A stretch of 62,701 nt of DNA. Origin: Anaerolineae bacterium (GTDB taxonomy: Bacteria; Chloroflexota; Anaerolineae; B4-G1). The position numbers and the translations under genes were made by a program. The stretch covers positions 1 to 62,701 of the forward strand of contig JAWLCP010000006.1 in assembly GCA_041687115.1 (NCBI GenBank), read 5' to 3'. Below are positions 50,683-60,460 of this stretch, one piece after another (within the stretch, counting starts at the first letter, position 1; every line of letters begins with the position of its first letter). The notes under the pieces are model-generated. The model was not told where the DNA came from. It worked only from the letters and a program-made list of their open reading frames with translations, and did no database searches.

Positions 50683-50820
50683 GATCTGTAGTTCCTTGCC
50701 AGGAGTGTTGCCGTTTCTACAGCTGATTGTCTTGCCATACTGTGACGGATGTGTGCATATTCCTCTCCTCCGATCGAAGATGTTCACATTATAGCCCAGA
50801 ATTGTCAAATCAGCTACCGA

Positions 50821-50852
50821 ACACAAAAGACCACCGGCGTACGCCGGCGGCC
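50821..50852 (-). terminator. intrinsic terminator downstream of acpP
   Basis: On the minus strand: CCGCCGGC-GTAC-GCCGGTGG hairpin followed by TCTTTTGTGT. Confidence 0.6.
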
Positions 50853-50927
50853 TTGCTGTCTGTCAGGAGAGGGCAGCGTCTCTTGGAGAGCTGACCCCTC
50901 TTCTGCGGTGAACCCTTCGTTCCGTGC

Positions 50928-51170
50928 CTAGCTGCCCCCCATGCGCTGCTCGACGTAGTCCACGGCCTGACCGACGGTTTCGATCTGTTGTGCCTCCTCA
51001 TCGGAGATGGTGCCGCCGAACGTGTCTTCGAACTCCATGATCAGCTCGACCAGATCCAGTGAGTCCGCTCCCAGATCCTCACGGAAACTGGCATCGCGCG
51101 TCACTTCTTCTGGTTTCACGCCCAATAGATCGACGATGATCTTCTGGATTTCCTCGAATGTGTCTGCCAT
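50928..51170 (-). CDS. acpP: acyl carrier protein
   Basis: Internal ATG 51170 after AAGGAGG. 80 aa. [20 protein letters not shown] carries the phosphopantetheine Ser. Confidence 0.92.
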   Translation of the reverse strand: MADTFEEIQKIIVDLLGVKPEEVTRDASFREDLGADSLDLVELIMEFEDTFGGTISDEEAQQIETVGQAVDYVEQRMGGS

Positions 51171-51339
51171 TGCCTTGCCTCCTTTGTGATTCTCGATTCC
51201 TCTACGGTGCGCTATTCTACCCATCGCAGGGACTTTGTCAAACCTCCCCGTCAGCCGTGGTTGACAACCCAATGCGGGGCAGGTATCATATCGTTCATAA
51301 TAACACGACAGACCTCCACGGGTTACGGCGAGAGGCGGA

Positions 51340-52374
51340 ATGCACGAGCAGCGCAAGTCGGAGCACATACGGATCAACCTGGAGGAAGACGTATCCTTTG
51401 AACGCGTCGCCGCCGGTTTCGATGGTTATCGGCTGCTCCACCGCGCACTGCCGGAGGTAGACCTGAAGGATGTGGAGACGTCGGTTGATCTCCTGGGCAG
51501 GCGTCTTGCTGCACCGCTGCTGATCTCCTCGATGACCGGAGGGACTCCGCAGGCCAGAGCGATCAATGCCCGCCTGGCCGAGGCCGCGCAGGCGGCGGGC
51601 CTCGGCATGGGACTTGGTTCGCAGCGGGCAGCCATCGAGGATCCCGAGCTGGAGAACACGTACCAGGTCCGAGACGTGGCACCAGACGTCCTCCTCCTGG
51701 CGAACCTCGGTGCGGTCCAACTCAACTACGGCTACGGGCCTGATGAGTGCCGGCGCGCCGTGGACATGGTCGAGGCAGACGCCCTCATTCTCCACTGCAA
51801 CCCCCTGCAGGAAGCGTTGCAGCCACGCGGCAACACCGACTTCACGGGCCTCCTGTCGAAAATCGAGATGGTCTGCAAAGCGCTCGACGTGCCCGTGGTG
51901 GTGAAAGAAGTGGGCTGGGGGATCTCGGAGCGGGTGGCGAGCCGGCTGGCCGAAGTTGGCGTGGCAGCCATCGACGTGGCCGGCTCCGGCGGGAGCTCGT
52001 GGAGCCAGGTGGAGATGTATCGTGCCGTGACCGAACACCAGCGGGCGGTAGCCGAGGCCTTCGTCGATTGGGGGATTCCGACCGCCGAGAGCCTTCTCAT
52101 GGTCAGGCAGGGTGCGCCAGACCTGCCTGCCATCGCGAGCGGTGGGGTCCGGAACGGGATCCACATCGCCAAGGCGGTCGCCCTGGGCGCCACAGCCTGT
52201 GGGGTCGCAGGTCCGTTCTTGCGCGCCGCCGTTGAGTCGACTGCGGCCGTGGCTGGGCTCATCGATGTCCTGGTCGATCAGCTGCGCGTTGCGATGTTCG
52301 CCGCCGGAGCCCGGGATCTGGCAGAACTTGAGGGCTGTCTGCTCCGCCTGCCGGTCGTGGAGCGAGAGGAATGA
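51340..52374 (+). CDS. fni: type 2 isopentenyl-diphosphate delta-isomerase
   Basis: [10 protein letters not shown] and [14 protein letters not shown]-dependent TIM-barrel motifs VKEVGWGIS and [12 protein letters not shown]. Confidence 0.92.
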   Translation: MHEQRKSEHIRINLEEDVSFERVAAGFDGYRLLHRALPEVDLKDVETSVDLLGRRLAAPLLISSMTGGTPQARAINARLAEAAQAAGLGMGLGSQRAAIEDPELENTYQVRDVAPDVLLLANLGAVQLNYGYGPDECRRAVDMVEADALILHCNPLQEALQPRGNTDFTGLLSKIEMVCKALDVPVVVKEVGWGISERVASRLAEVGVAAIDVAGSGGSSWSQVEMYRAVTEHQRAVAEAFVDWGIPTAESLLMVRQGAPDLPAIASGGVRNGIHIAKAVALGATACGVAGPFLRAAVESTAAVAGLIDVLVDQLRVAMFAAGARDLAELEGCLLRLPVVEREE

Positions 52375-53399
52375 AGCCAGTGGGTATGGATGAACTGCAC
52401 CGTCGCTATGGACCCTCCCTCGAGGCCGAGATGCGGAGTGTTGTGCAGCATGGGGAGGACCGTCAAGGAAGCCTGTTCGGGATGATCCGCTACCACCTCG
52501 GGTGGGTGGACTCCCGGTTCGAGCGCTGCGAGGCGACCTCGGGAAAGCGTGTGCGGCCTATCCTGTGCCTGCTGTCCTGCGAGGGCTGCGGCGGAGCCTG
52601 GGAGGCTGCCCTCCCGGCGGCGGCTGCTGTCGAGCTACTGCACAACTTCACGCTGATCCACGACGACATCGAGGACCGGGACAGGACGCGCCGCGGTCGC
52701 CCGACCGTCTGGTCGATCTGGGGAGAGGAGCAGGGGATCAACGCCGGGGACACCCTGTTCGCACTCTCTCAGCTGGCCCTGCTGCGCCTTGAGGAACGGG
52801 GAGTCCCCCCGGCAGCGGTGGTAGAGGCCGCACGGTTGTTCAACGAGACGTGCGTGGCTATCACCAGCGGGCAGCATTTCGACATCCAGTTCGAGGGGCA
52901 GGACGACGTATCGGTCGAGGACTATCTGACGATGATCGACGCCAAGACGGCGGCACTGCTTTCCTGCTCGTGCCGCTTGGGGGCTCTGGTTGCGCAAGCG
53001 TCCGCCGCTCAACGCGAGCAGTTGCGCGCGTTCGGCCGACACTCGGGGCTCTCCTTTCAGATGCTTGACGACGTTCTCGGCATCTGGGGAGATTCGACGG
53101 TAACCGGGAAGCCGGTGGGTGCCGATATCGCGCGGCGGAAGAAGACTCTCCCTCTTCTGCACGGGCTGGAACGGAGCGCTGAACTGCGTGAGCTTCTGGC
53201 GCGGGAGTGTCCCTCTGAGGATCACGTTCGTCGGGCGCAGCGCTTGTTGGAGGAAGCCGGCAGTCGCCGTTACGCCGAGGAGTTGGCCCGGCGCCACCAC
53301 GACGCCGCGTTGACGGCGCTGGAGCGGGCGAACCTGCACGGACCGGCGGCCCGGGCGCTGCGGGAGTTGACAGAGAGCCTTCTCAACCGCCGACGCTGA
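52371..53399 (+). CDS. polyprenyl (geranylgeranyl-type) diphosphate synthase
   Basis: [21 protein letters not shown] and [21 protein letters not shown] overlap with fni. Confidence 0.9.
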   Translation: MKPVGMDELHRRYGPSLEAEMRSVVQHGEDRQGSLFGMIRYHLGWVDSRFERCEATSGKRVRPILCLLSCEGCGGAWEAALPAAAAVELLHNFTLIHDDIEDRDRTRRGRPTVWSIWGEEQGINAGDTLFALSQLALLRLEERGVPPAAVVEAARLFNETCVAITSGQHFDIQFEGQDDVSVEDYLTMIDAKTAALLSCSCRLGALVAQASAAQREQLRAFGRHSGLSFQMLDDVLGIWGDSTVTGKPVGADIARRKKTLPLLHGLERSAELRELLARECPSEDHVRRAQRLLEEAGSRRYAEELARRHHDAALTALERANLHGPAARALRELTESLLNRRR

Positions 53400-53407
53400 T
53401 CGTTGTC

Positions 53408-54712
53408 CTACAGTGCGTCCAGGCGCGCCATAAGCAGCGGAACCAGCATCTCCTCGGGCGTCAGGCTGCCATGGTGACCGTGCAGTGAGCTTCTGTCGTC
53501 TTCTTTCCTGCGCGTCGACAGGCGCGCGTCGTTCCTTGCCACCAACACCGCGTCTCCCAGGCGCACCCGGAGCGCACCCGGGACTTCTTGAGCGGGACCC
53601 CAAAGCCCCGCCTCCAATGCATGCTCTGTGTCTACGAGGACGAAATCCTCTGCCAGGTGCTCATGGACGTAGGCCCGCAGTGGACGCTTCGCCCCCGGTC
53701 GCGCGTAGAGATAGGCGGCGCGAGACTCCCCAGCCGGTGGAAGGAGCAGCGTCTCCTGGAGGCCGGGATGGTCCGGCAGGCGCACAACCCGCTCCGGTGG
53801 TGTGGCGATCTGACCGTGGTCTGCGGCAACGATCAGGAGCGTGTTTTCCCGTGCCTCTGGGGCCAAGGTCGTCAGGAAATCCTCCTCCAGCGAGCGGGTG
53901 AAGTGTCTCAGTGCCGCAGGCATGTACGCATTCTCCGTGCCGTACACGTGTCCCACGTTATCCACGCCACCCCAGTAGACGTCGACCAAGAGTCGCTCGC
54001 CGGGACGCCTCTCGACCAGCGTTCGGCGCAGGTTGACCCACAGGTCGCCCAGGTCGAGGTAGCCGCGCAGAGCGTCTATCCCTTGAAGGAAGATCTGAGT
54101 CAGAATACTGCCGATGAAATGGCGGCGCGTGTGCGCCACTGTGCGGACTCCCCCTGCCTCCAGCTGGTGGGCCAGGCTGGGTGTACGGATGAAGTCCTCC
54201 GCGTTCCACCCCCATTTCTCCAGCCCGCCGCCGCCCGCGTAAGCCGCCGGAGCCATCTTCAGCATGTTGGCGAGCACCCCCTGCTCCGGCAACAACAGGG
54301 TAGTGCCCAGAAATCCGTGCGCTAGTGGTGTCTCACCGGTCCAGATCGAGGTTAGGGCGGTGACGGTCGTCGAGGGGAACACGGAGGTGATAGGGAACAA
54401 GCGGCCTTCGAGCGCCAGGCGGCTGAAGAGCGACGTCTCGCCGGCCATGAATCGTCTCAGCTGGAGGTAGCCTGCGGCGTCCACGAGCAGCAATATGACG
54501 CATTCGACATCTCCGGCCATGTCCAACCATAGATCCTCGGGCAGGGCCCGGGCTGACCCCTCCAGCTCGATGCCGAACACCTGGGCGATGGTCGGGGCGA
54601 TGTTAGCGATCGAGTAGCCCCCATAGTGCGGCAAGACGAAGTGATCGGGAAGCTCCGGGATGTGCCGCCTGCGGAGCCGGTGTTCGATGTCGCTCGCTAA
54701 GGTTGTATTCAT
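53408..54712 (-). CDS. alkaline-phosphatase-superfamily protein (nucleotide pyrophosphatase/phosphodiesterase-like)
   Basis: FPSTTVTALTSIWTG (nucleophile Thr region), WGGVDNVGHVYG, and IVAADHG. Confidence 0.7.
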   Translation of the reverse strand: MNTTLASDIEHRLRRRHIPELPDHFVLPHYGGYSIANIAPTIAQVFGIELEGSARALPEDLWLDMAGDVECVILLLVDAAGYLQLRRFMAGETSLFSRLALEGRLFPITSVFPSTTVTALTSIWTGETPLAHGFLGTTLLLPEQGVLANMLKMAPAAYAGGGGLEKWGWNAEDFIRTPSLAHQLEAGGVRTVAHTRRHFIGSILTQIFLQGIDALRGYLDLGDLWVNLRRTLVERRPGERLLVDVYWGGVDNVGHVYGTENAYMPAALRHFTRSLEEDFLTTLAPEARENTLLIVAADHGQIATPPERVVRLPDHPGLQETLLLPPAGESRAAYLYARPGAKRPLRAYVHEHLAEDFVLVDTEHALEAGLWGPAQEVPGALRVRLGDAVLVARNDARLSTRRKEDDRSSLHGHHGSLTPEEMLVPLLMARLDAL

Positions 54713-54762
54713 GGGCTACTCAACTGAGGTTCCATTCCCTTTGTGAAACACTAGTTGCAGGA

Positions 54763-55722
54763 CTAGCGGTGCCCCGCGGCGGAGACCGGTCGCAATCGGT
54801 GAAGGACATCCTCAAGCTCCGGAGGCAGTGGTGCCTCGAAAATCACCTCGGCCTGCGTGGTGGGGTGGGTGAGACGAAGCGAAGAGGCGTGTAGAAAATG
54901 GCGATCCTTGAGCAAGTGCCTGCGACGGCCCCCATAGTCAGCGTCTCCCACCACCGCATGACCGAGCCACGACAGATGCACTCGCACCTGGTGCGTTCGC
55001 CCCGTATAAGGTTCGGCCTCGAGCAGCGTATGCTGGCGAAAGCGACGGACGACTCGATATCGTGTCCGGGCATACCTCCCCTCCGGCAAAGGGGCCATCT
55101 TCTTCCTGTCCGCCGGATCCCGCCCAATGGGCACCTCGATGATGCCCTCTGGAGGGTCGACCCGTCCCTTCACCAGCGCGAGGTAGGTCTTCTCGACTTC
55201 GCGATTTCGGAACTGCTGCTGAAGCGCCTCGAGCACCGACAGCCGCTTGGCGACGACGAGCACACCCGATGTGTCCTTATCCAGGCGATGGGCGATTCCG
55301 GCCCGGTCCCGGGGTCCCACCTCAGCGATGGGTGGGTAATACGCGAGGAGCGCGTTGACCAACGTCCCGGACGGATGACCAGGGGCTGGGTGTACCACCA
55401 TGCCGGCGGGCTTGTTGATCGCGAGCAGGTGCTCGTCCTCGTAGATGACGTCAAGTGGGATTGGCTCGGGCTGGACACCGTCCTCCGGTTCCTGCGGCGG
55501 TAGGATGATGGTCACCTTGTCGCCCGGCTCCACGCGGTAAGCTGGCTTGCGTGGCTGACCGTCGACTGTCACCTCGCCGGCTTCGATCAACCGCTGTCCC
55601 TGGGTGCGGCTGAGCGCCGGCACGCGGTCGCGTACCACCTTATCGAGGCGCTTCCCGCGCCGCTCGACGACGAACGTGATAATGCATGAATCGGAGTTTG
55701 GGCCAGGCGGTGACTCAGTCAT
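54763..55722 (-). CDS. rluD: RluA-family 23S rRNA pseudouridine synthase
   Basis: S4 domain (RLDKVVRDRVPALSRTQGQRLI) and catalytic HRLDKDTSGVLVVAK. Confidence 0.9.
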   Translation of the reverse strand: MTESPPGPNSDSCIITFVVERRGKRLDKVVRDRVPALSRTQGQRLIEAGEVTVDGQPRKPAYRVEPGDKVTIILPPQEPEDGVQPEPIPLDVIYEDEHLLAINKPAGMVVHPAPGHPSGTLVNALLAYYPPIAEVGPRDRAGIAHRLDKDTSGVLVVAKRLSVLEALQQQFRNREVEKTYLALVKGRVDPPEGIIEVPIGRDPADRKKMAPLPEGRYARTRYRVVRRFRQHTLLEAEPYTGRTHQVRVHLSWLGHAVVGDADYGGRRRHLLKDRHFLHASSLRLTHPTTQAEVIFEAPLPPELEDVLHRLRPVSAAGHR

Positions 55723-56242
55723 CCTCTACCGTGGCCAGCTGCTTGCGCCCGCCTTCGGCTTGCCGTTCCTCCCAGAGCATCAGCAGGCTCAGCAGCGTCA
55801 CGCCCACGACGATGGAGGCATCTGCCAGGTTGAACACCGGCCAGCGATGCAGCGGCCAGAAGTTGAGGTCAATGAAGTCGACGACGGAGCCACCGTAGCG
55901 TAGACGGTCAACCAGATTCCCGCACGCCCCTCCCAGCTGCAGGCCCAGAGCTAGCTGGATCAGCCAGTAACCGTCGGAAAGCTGGAGCGTATACCAGACC
56001 AGGGCCACGATGACGAAGACGGCGATCACGACGAAGAATCGGCCCCAGCCAGGGAAAAGACCGAACGCAGCACCGGTGTTCGTCACGTAGGTAAGTCGAA
56101 AGACGGGCGCCAGCCAGGCTGTCAGATCCACAGATTGGCCCGGCCTCAGGTTCGCTCTGACCAGATACTTCGTGGCCTGGTCAGCCAGCAGCACGACAGC
56201 TGCTGCCACCAGGATCAGCGAAACGCGTTTCTGTGCTCTCAA
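55715..56242 (-). CDS. lspA: lipoprotein signal peptidase II
   Basis: LLADQATKYLV, NTGAAFG, and GGACGNLVDRLRYGGSVVDFIDL. I prefer TTG 56242, which forms a TTGA overlap with the upstream stop. ATG 56347 would overlap the dksA-like gene by 109 nt. Confidence 0.85.
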   Translation of the reverse strand: MRAQKRVSLILVAAAVVLLADQATKYLVRANLRPGQSVDLTAWLAPVFRLTYVTNTGAAFGLFPGWGRFFVVIAVFVIVALVWYTLQLSDGYWLIQLALGLQLGGACGNLVDRLRYGGSVVDFIDLNFWPLHRWPVFNLADASIVVGVTLLSLLMLWEERQAEGGRKQLATVEDD

Positions 56243-56598
56243 CGGGAACGAGGTAGGGTCCGATACTCGTGCTCCGCCTGGCAGTCTAGGCAGTACACGG
56301 CCTGGGGCAGCGCCTCGAGCCGAGCGCGGTCGATCCGTCCGCCGCAACCCTCACAGATGCCGTACGTACCATCATCGAGCTTGCCAAGAGCCTCGTTCAC
56401 CCGGTCGAGGGAGAGCTCAATACGGCGCCGGAGGCCCATGTCGACAGTCTGCTTGAACGCCTCACTGCCGTCGTCGGCCATGTGGTTGCCATAGCCGACG
56501 CCCTCATATTCCTCGTTCTCCAGTTGTGTGAGCTGCTCCTGCAGTGCCTCTTTCTCTTCCAGTAGCTCGCGTCTTGCTCTTTCATACGAGAAAGGCAT
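56239..56598 (-). CDS. DksA/TraR-family C4 zinc-finger protein (YlyA/YteA-like)
   Basis: CEGCGGRIDRARLEALPQAVYCLDCQ with an N-terminal coiled coil. Confidence 0.85.
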   Translation of the reverse strand: MPFSYERARRELLEEKEALQEQLTQLENEEYEGVGYGNHMADDGSEAFKQTVDMGLRRRIELSLDRVNEALGKLDDGTYGICEGCGGRIDRARLEALPQAVYCLDCQAEHEYRTLPRSR

Positions 56599-56710
56599 TG
56601 TTCGCCTCCTTTCGTCCTTGCCAGCGTTCGTGCGGCTTCAACAGGCTCTCTGCCAGGGCAGAGTCATCGCCGATTCCATCTTGTTCCCGATTAGTCTACT
56701 CGGACCCCAA

Positions 56711-56739
56711 ATTCTACTCCACTTCCGGTTCTTTGACAA
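56711..56739 (-). promoter_or_regulatory. sigma-70-like promoter of the dksA-like/lspA/rluD operon
   Basis: On the minus strand: TTGTCA (56734-56739), 17-nt spacer, TAGAAT (56711-56716). Confidence 0.55.
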
Positions 56740-56758
56740 GAACTGCGGCAATCTGAAT

Positions 56759-59700
56759 CTACGCTTTCCTGACACCCAGCTTGAGCCAGTACCCTTCTAC
56801 CCGATCCTCGCCTACGGCGTCGACCTCAGTGTCCTCCGGCGCACCCTCCCTCAGCTCCACGCTCAGCGTCTCGGCGGCAATGTAATCCCGCCAGGCCTCG
56901 ATCGCGTCGGTCAGACCCTCCTCCGTCTGGTAGGTGGTGATGATGCGGTCATCAAGGTCAAAGTCCGCCTCCTTGCGCAGACTCTGCACGCGCCGCACGA
57001 CGTCCCGGGCCAGGCCCTCCGCAACCAGCTCTGAGGTCAGCTCAACGTCCAAGGCCACGCTCACACCGTGGTCTGACGCCACCGCCAGCCCTTCGCGGGG
57101 CCCTTCCCGGATGACGATCTCATCCGCGGCAAGCTCGATCTGCTCCCCCTCGACCTCCACCTCGACCGGCAGATCGGCGTGCAGCCGGCGGACCACCTTC
57201 ACTGGGTCCTCCACCGACTCCAAGGCGGCCTTCACCGCTGGGAACCGATCTCTAAACCGGGGACCCAGCTTCTGGCTGTCGGGCAGTAGACGATACGTGA
57301 TCAGGTCGCTGAGCTCGTCGACGAAGACGACCTCTTTGACGTTCAACTCGTCCTGCACCAGGTCGATCAGTTCGTCCCTCAGCTCTGCCGCGCCTGTTTC
57401 CAGATAGACGAGGGCACGCGAAAGTGGCTGGCGCAGCTTGAGACCCTGGCTGTTGCGGGCCGAATGGCCCTGCGTGACCACCTCGCGAGCCAACGCCATC
57501 TGCGCCAGCAGATCCTCGTCGATCTTCTCCAGGTCGGGCTCTGGCCATCGTGCATGGTGGACGCTCTCCAGTGCGCCCTCATCGACGGAACGCACCAGAT
57601 TCTGGTACATCGCCTCCGTGACGAACGGCAGGATCGGCGCCAGCAGCCGGATCAGGGTCGTTAGGACGCGGTATAGGGTCGCGTATGCCGCCCGCTTGTC
57701 CGCATCCTGCTCGCTCTTCCAGAACCGGCGCCGGCTGCGTCGGACATACCAGTTCGACAGGTCTTCTAGGAACTCCTCGACCGCTATGGTCGTCGCGTAC
57801 GCGTCGTAGTTCTCGAGCCGCTCCCTTGCCCTGCTTGTGACCTGGTTCAAGCGGGCCAGCATCCACCGGTCCAAGAGGGTGGCTTGCTCGGGCTCGACCT
57901 CGTCCCAGCGATCTTCGGGCTCCCACTCATCGATGTTCGCATACGTGACGAAGAAGTCATACACGTTCCAGAATGGGATGAGGAACTGCCGACGGACCTC
58001 GTCGGCCCGGTTGTAGCCGAACAGCAGGTTCTTCTCCGGTTTGTGGCCGCAGTAGAGCCAGCGCATGACGTCGACCCCCATCTCGTCGGCCGCCTCGTTG
58101 AACTCAATGGCGTTTCCCCAGGACTTATGCATCTCCCGGCCATCCTCCGCCAGGAGCAGCGCATAAGAGAAGCAGGTCTTGAAAGGGGCCGAGTTGTCGA
58201 TCACCGTCGCCATCGCCAGCAGGCTGTAGAACCAGTTGCGGAACTGGCCGGGAAATGACTCGCTAATCCAGTCGGCCGGATACCACCTCCGCCAGTAATC
58301 GCGATCGGTGCGGTAATGTAGGGTGCTGAAGCTGACGATGCCGGCGTCGAGCCAGGGATTGCCGACGTCCGGGATGCGCTTGACCTCCGCGCCGCACTTC
58401 GAGCACTCGATGCGCACCTGATCGATCCACGGCTTATGGGGTGTGTGGCCCTTAAAGGTGTCCCAACCTGAGATTGCTCGCTCCTCCAGCTCGTGCTCGT
58501 CGCCGATCACCTCGAAGTGACCACACTCTTCACACTCCCAGATCGGCAACGCCAGCCCCCAGTACCGCTTCTTGCTGATCATCCAGTCGTGCATATTGCG
58601 CAGCCAGTCCAGCTCTCGGTCCAGACCAAAGGCGGGGATCCAGCGGATCTGCCGGGTCACATCCATGATGTCATAGCGGAGCTTGTCCATCGAGATGAAC
58701 CATTCGTCCACCAACCGGAACACCAGCTCGGTGCTGCACCGCCAGCACACCGGATAGCGGTGCGTGTAGTCTTCGACTTTGTAGAGCAGTCCCTTCTCTC
58801 GAAGGCTCTCAAACACGCGCTCTGGGCTCTCGGAGACGTCTGTACCTGCGAAGGGGCCAAACCCCTCCACGAACATGCCTTCCTCGTCCAGCGGCGCAAT
58901 CGCCGGCAGGCCGTGCTCTCGCGCCAACTCGAAGTCCTCCGCCCCGCATCCCGGGGCGATGTGCACGATCCCGGTGCCCTCTTCCTCGCCCACGGCCTCC
59001 CACAGGATGACGCGATGGGCCTGCGGACCGCCCATCTTCTTCTGGGCCTCAAGCTCGTCGAAGGGGCCGCGGTACGTCAGGCCTGCCAACTCCTTCCCAT
59101 CCATCTCCTCCAGTACCTCGTAGTCGCCCACCAGGGTGACCAGTGCCCCTTTCGAGAGGTAGAAGACCTGGTCTGCCTGCCGGACCTTGACGTAGGTCAG
59201 GTCCGGGCCCACGGCGGCGGCCACGTTGCTCGTGAGCGTCCACGGTGTCGTGGTCCACACGAGAAGGCTCTCGTTCTCCCTGCCGCGCAGTGGGAAGTGG
59301 ACCGTCACACTTGCGTGGGTCAGCTCCCGGTACCCCTCCGTCACGATCTCGTGCTGACTGATGCCTGTGGCGCAGCGGGGACACCAGGGCATGACGTCTG
59401 TCCCCTTGTAGAGCCATCCCTCCTCCCAGCAGCGCTTCAGCATCGTCCAGATCATGTAGTTGTTCTCGTTGGAGAACGTGAAGTAGGATCCACCCAGCTC
59501 TGGAAGCCCCAATCGGCCGACGATGTTCTCAACCGTGTCCGTCACCGGGCCCTGCGGCCCGTCGATCGTGATCGTCCCCTCCGGGTCTTCCTCCATCTGT
59601 TCCGCCAGCCAGCGCAGTCTATCTGGATCGTTCCAATCCATCCAGTAGCCCAACCGCATCGATTGCTCCGTCTGCACTGCAGCGTAGCGGAGCACGCGCT

Positions 59701-60064
59701 CCTTGCAGTCGCGTACGAACCGGTCGACCCCGTATTCCTCAATGTCCCGTTTGGACTCGAAGCCCTTCTCCTTCTCCACCTCTACCTCAACCCACAGCCC
59801 CTGGCAGTCAAAGCCGTTCTGGTAACGGGTCTTGTGTCCCCGCATAGCCCAGTAGCGGTGGTAGAGGTCCTTGTACGTACGGCCCCAGCCGTGGTGGACG
59901 CCCATGGGATTGTTCGCTGTGATCGGTCCGTCGATGAACGACCACCGCGGCCCGTCCTTACGGAGGTCGATGAGCTTCGGGAAAGCCTCTGTCTCTTCCC
60001 AGAACTCGAGGATCTTCTTCTCCTGAGCGACGAAATCGACCGGGTTGGGTACTGGTTCAAACAT
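56759..60064 (-). CDS. ileS: isoleucine--tRNA ligase (type 2, long form)
   Basis: 1101 aa. PITANNPMGVHHGWGRTYKD (HIGH-type) and KMHKSWGN (KMSKS-type). The editing domain and a long C-terminal extension are typical of type 2 IleRS. AAGGAGG RBS. Confidence 0.95.
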   Translation of the reverse strand: MFEPVPNPVDFVAQEKKILEFWEETEAFPKLIDLRKDGPRWSFIDGPITANNPMGVHHGWGRTYKDLYHRYWAMRGHKTRYQNGFDCQGLWVEVEVEKEKGFESKRDIEEYGVDRFVRDCKERVLRYAAVQTEQSMRLGYWMDWNDPDRLRWLAEQMEEDPEGTITIDGPQGPVTDTVENIVGRLGLPELGGSYFTFSNENNYMIWTMLKRCWEEGWLYKGTDVMPWCPRCATGISQHEIVTEGYRELTHASVTVHFPLRGRENESLLVWTTTPWTLTSNVAAAVGPDLTYVKVRQADQVFYLSKGALVTLVGDYEVLEEMDGKELAGLTYRGPFDELEAQKKMGGPQAHRVILWEAVGEEEGTGIVHIAPGCGAEDFELAREHGLPAIAPLDEEGMFVEGFGPFAGTDVSESPERVFESLREKGLLYKVEDYTHRYPVCWRCSTELVFRLVDEWFISMDKLRYDIMDVTRQIRWIPAFGLDRELDWLRNMHDWMISKKRYWGLALPIWECEECGHFEVIGDEHELEERAISGWDTFKGHTPHKPWIDQVRIECSKCGAEVKRIPDVGNPWLDAGIVSFSTLHYRTDRDYWRRWYPADWISESFPGQFRNWFYSLLAMATVIDNSAPFKTCFSYALLLAEDGREMHKSWGNAIEFNEAADEMGVDVMRWLYCGHKPEKNLLFGYNRADEVRRQFLIPFWNVYDFFVTYANIDEWEPEDRWDEVEPEQATLLDRWMLARLNQVTSRARERLENYDAYATTIAVEEFLEDLSNWYVRRSRRRFWKSEQDADKRAAYATLYRVLTTLIRLLAPILPFVTEAMYQNLVRSVDEGALESVHHARWPEPDLEKIDEDLLAQMALAREVVTQGHSARNSQGLKLRQPLSRALVYLETGAAELRDELIDLVQDELNVKEVVFVDELSDLITYRLLPDSQKLGPRFRDRFPAVKAALESVEDPVKVVRRLHADLPVEVEVEGEQIELAADEIVIREGPREGLAVASDHGVSVALDVELTSELVAEGLARDVVRRVQSLRKEADFDLDDRIITTYQTEEGLTDAIEAWRDYIAAETLSVELREGAPEDTEVDAVGEDRVEGYWLKLGVRKA

Positions 60065-60400
60065 CTGGCCTCCTTTGGACCATCAGTGCAGGCAAGTTAC
60101 TCATTGTCGTCCTCCAGAACGAAAAACTCTCGTCCCGTAAGGGACGAGAGTCACAACCTCCCGCGGTACCACCCTATCTTGCCCCACATGCGGGGCCCCT
60201 CCGCCGGCGACCAACATCGCCGCGTCGCAGATAACGGGGGACGAACCCGTCTGGGCTTACTGGGTCTGATGTCTGTCGATCAGCCGTTCAGCCAGCGGCT
60301 CCGGAGGGATCTTCGACGGGGTTTCCGCGCCCGGCTCTCACCAACCCGGACTCGCTTGGGCGGCCCACCGCGCCTACTCGTCTCCATCATAGCCTTTTGA
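60065..60400 (-). ncRNA. T-box leader (Ile) controlling ileS
   Basis: On the minus strand: GA/K-turn and S-turn region ATGATGGAGACGAGTAGG, GGTGAGA distal motif, candidate specifier GAAG-ATC (ATC = rc of 60308-60310), and T-box AGGGTGGTACCGCG (rc of 60161-60176). UGGU in the T-box matches discriminator A. The terminator follows. Confidence 0.85.
60115..60151 (-). terminator. T-box-controlled intrinsic terminator
   Basis: On the minus strand: ACTCTCGTCCC-TTAC-GGGACGAGAGT followed by TTTTTCGTTC. The 5' arm can alternatively pair with the T-box sequence to form the antiterminator. Confidence 0.8.
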
Positions 60401-60411
60401 ACACGTCTCAG

Positions 60412-60439
60412 ATTATGCCACAGAACCCGCCTGTGTCAA
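60412..60439 (-). promoter_or_regulatory. sigma-70-like promoter of the ileS T-box leader
   Basis: On the minus strand: TTGACA (60434-60439), 16-nt spacer ending in TGG, CATAAT (60412-60417). Confidence 0.55.
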
Positions 60440-60460
60440 GCTCGCCACAACCGTGGTTTC

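Noticed and set aside
50683-50826. Longer start of the DUF2207 ORF, and the TTGACA...TATAAT pair at 50788-50808
   Set aside because: The extension begins inside the acpP terminator hairpin and precedes the signal peptide. The TTGACA and TATAAT hexamers are only 9 nt apart, so they cannot act together as one standard promoter. The TATAAT alone might still be a -10 element.
53408-54712. Alkaline-phosphatase-fold protein as PglZ of a BREX/DISARM system
   Set aside because: It is a 434-aa stand-alone NPP-like enzyme. No PglX, BrxC or other BREX component is in the neighbourhood.
58493-60400. 635-aa plus-strand ORF
   Set aside because: It is antisense to ileS and runs through the T-box leader. 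It is a shadow ORF.
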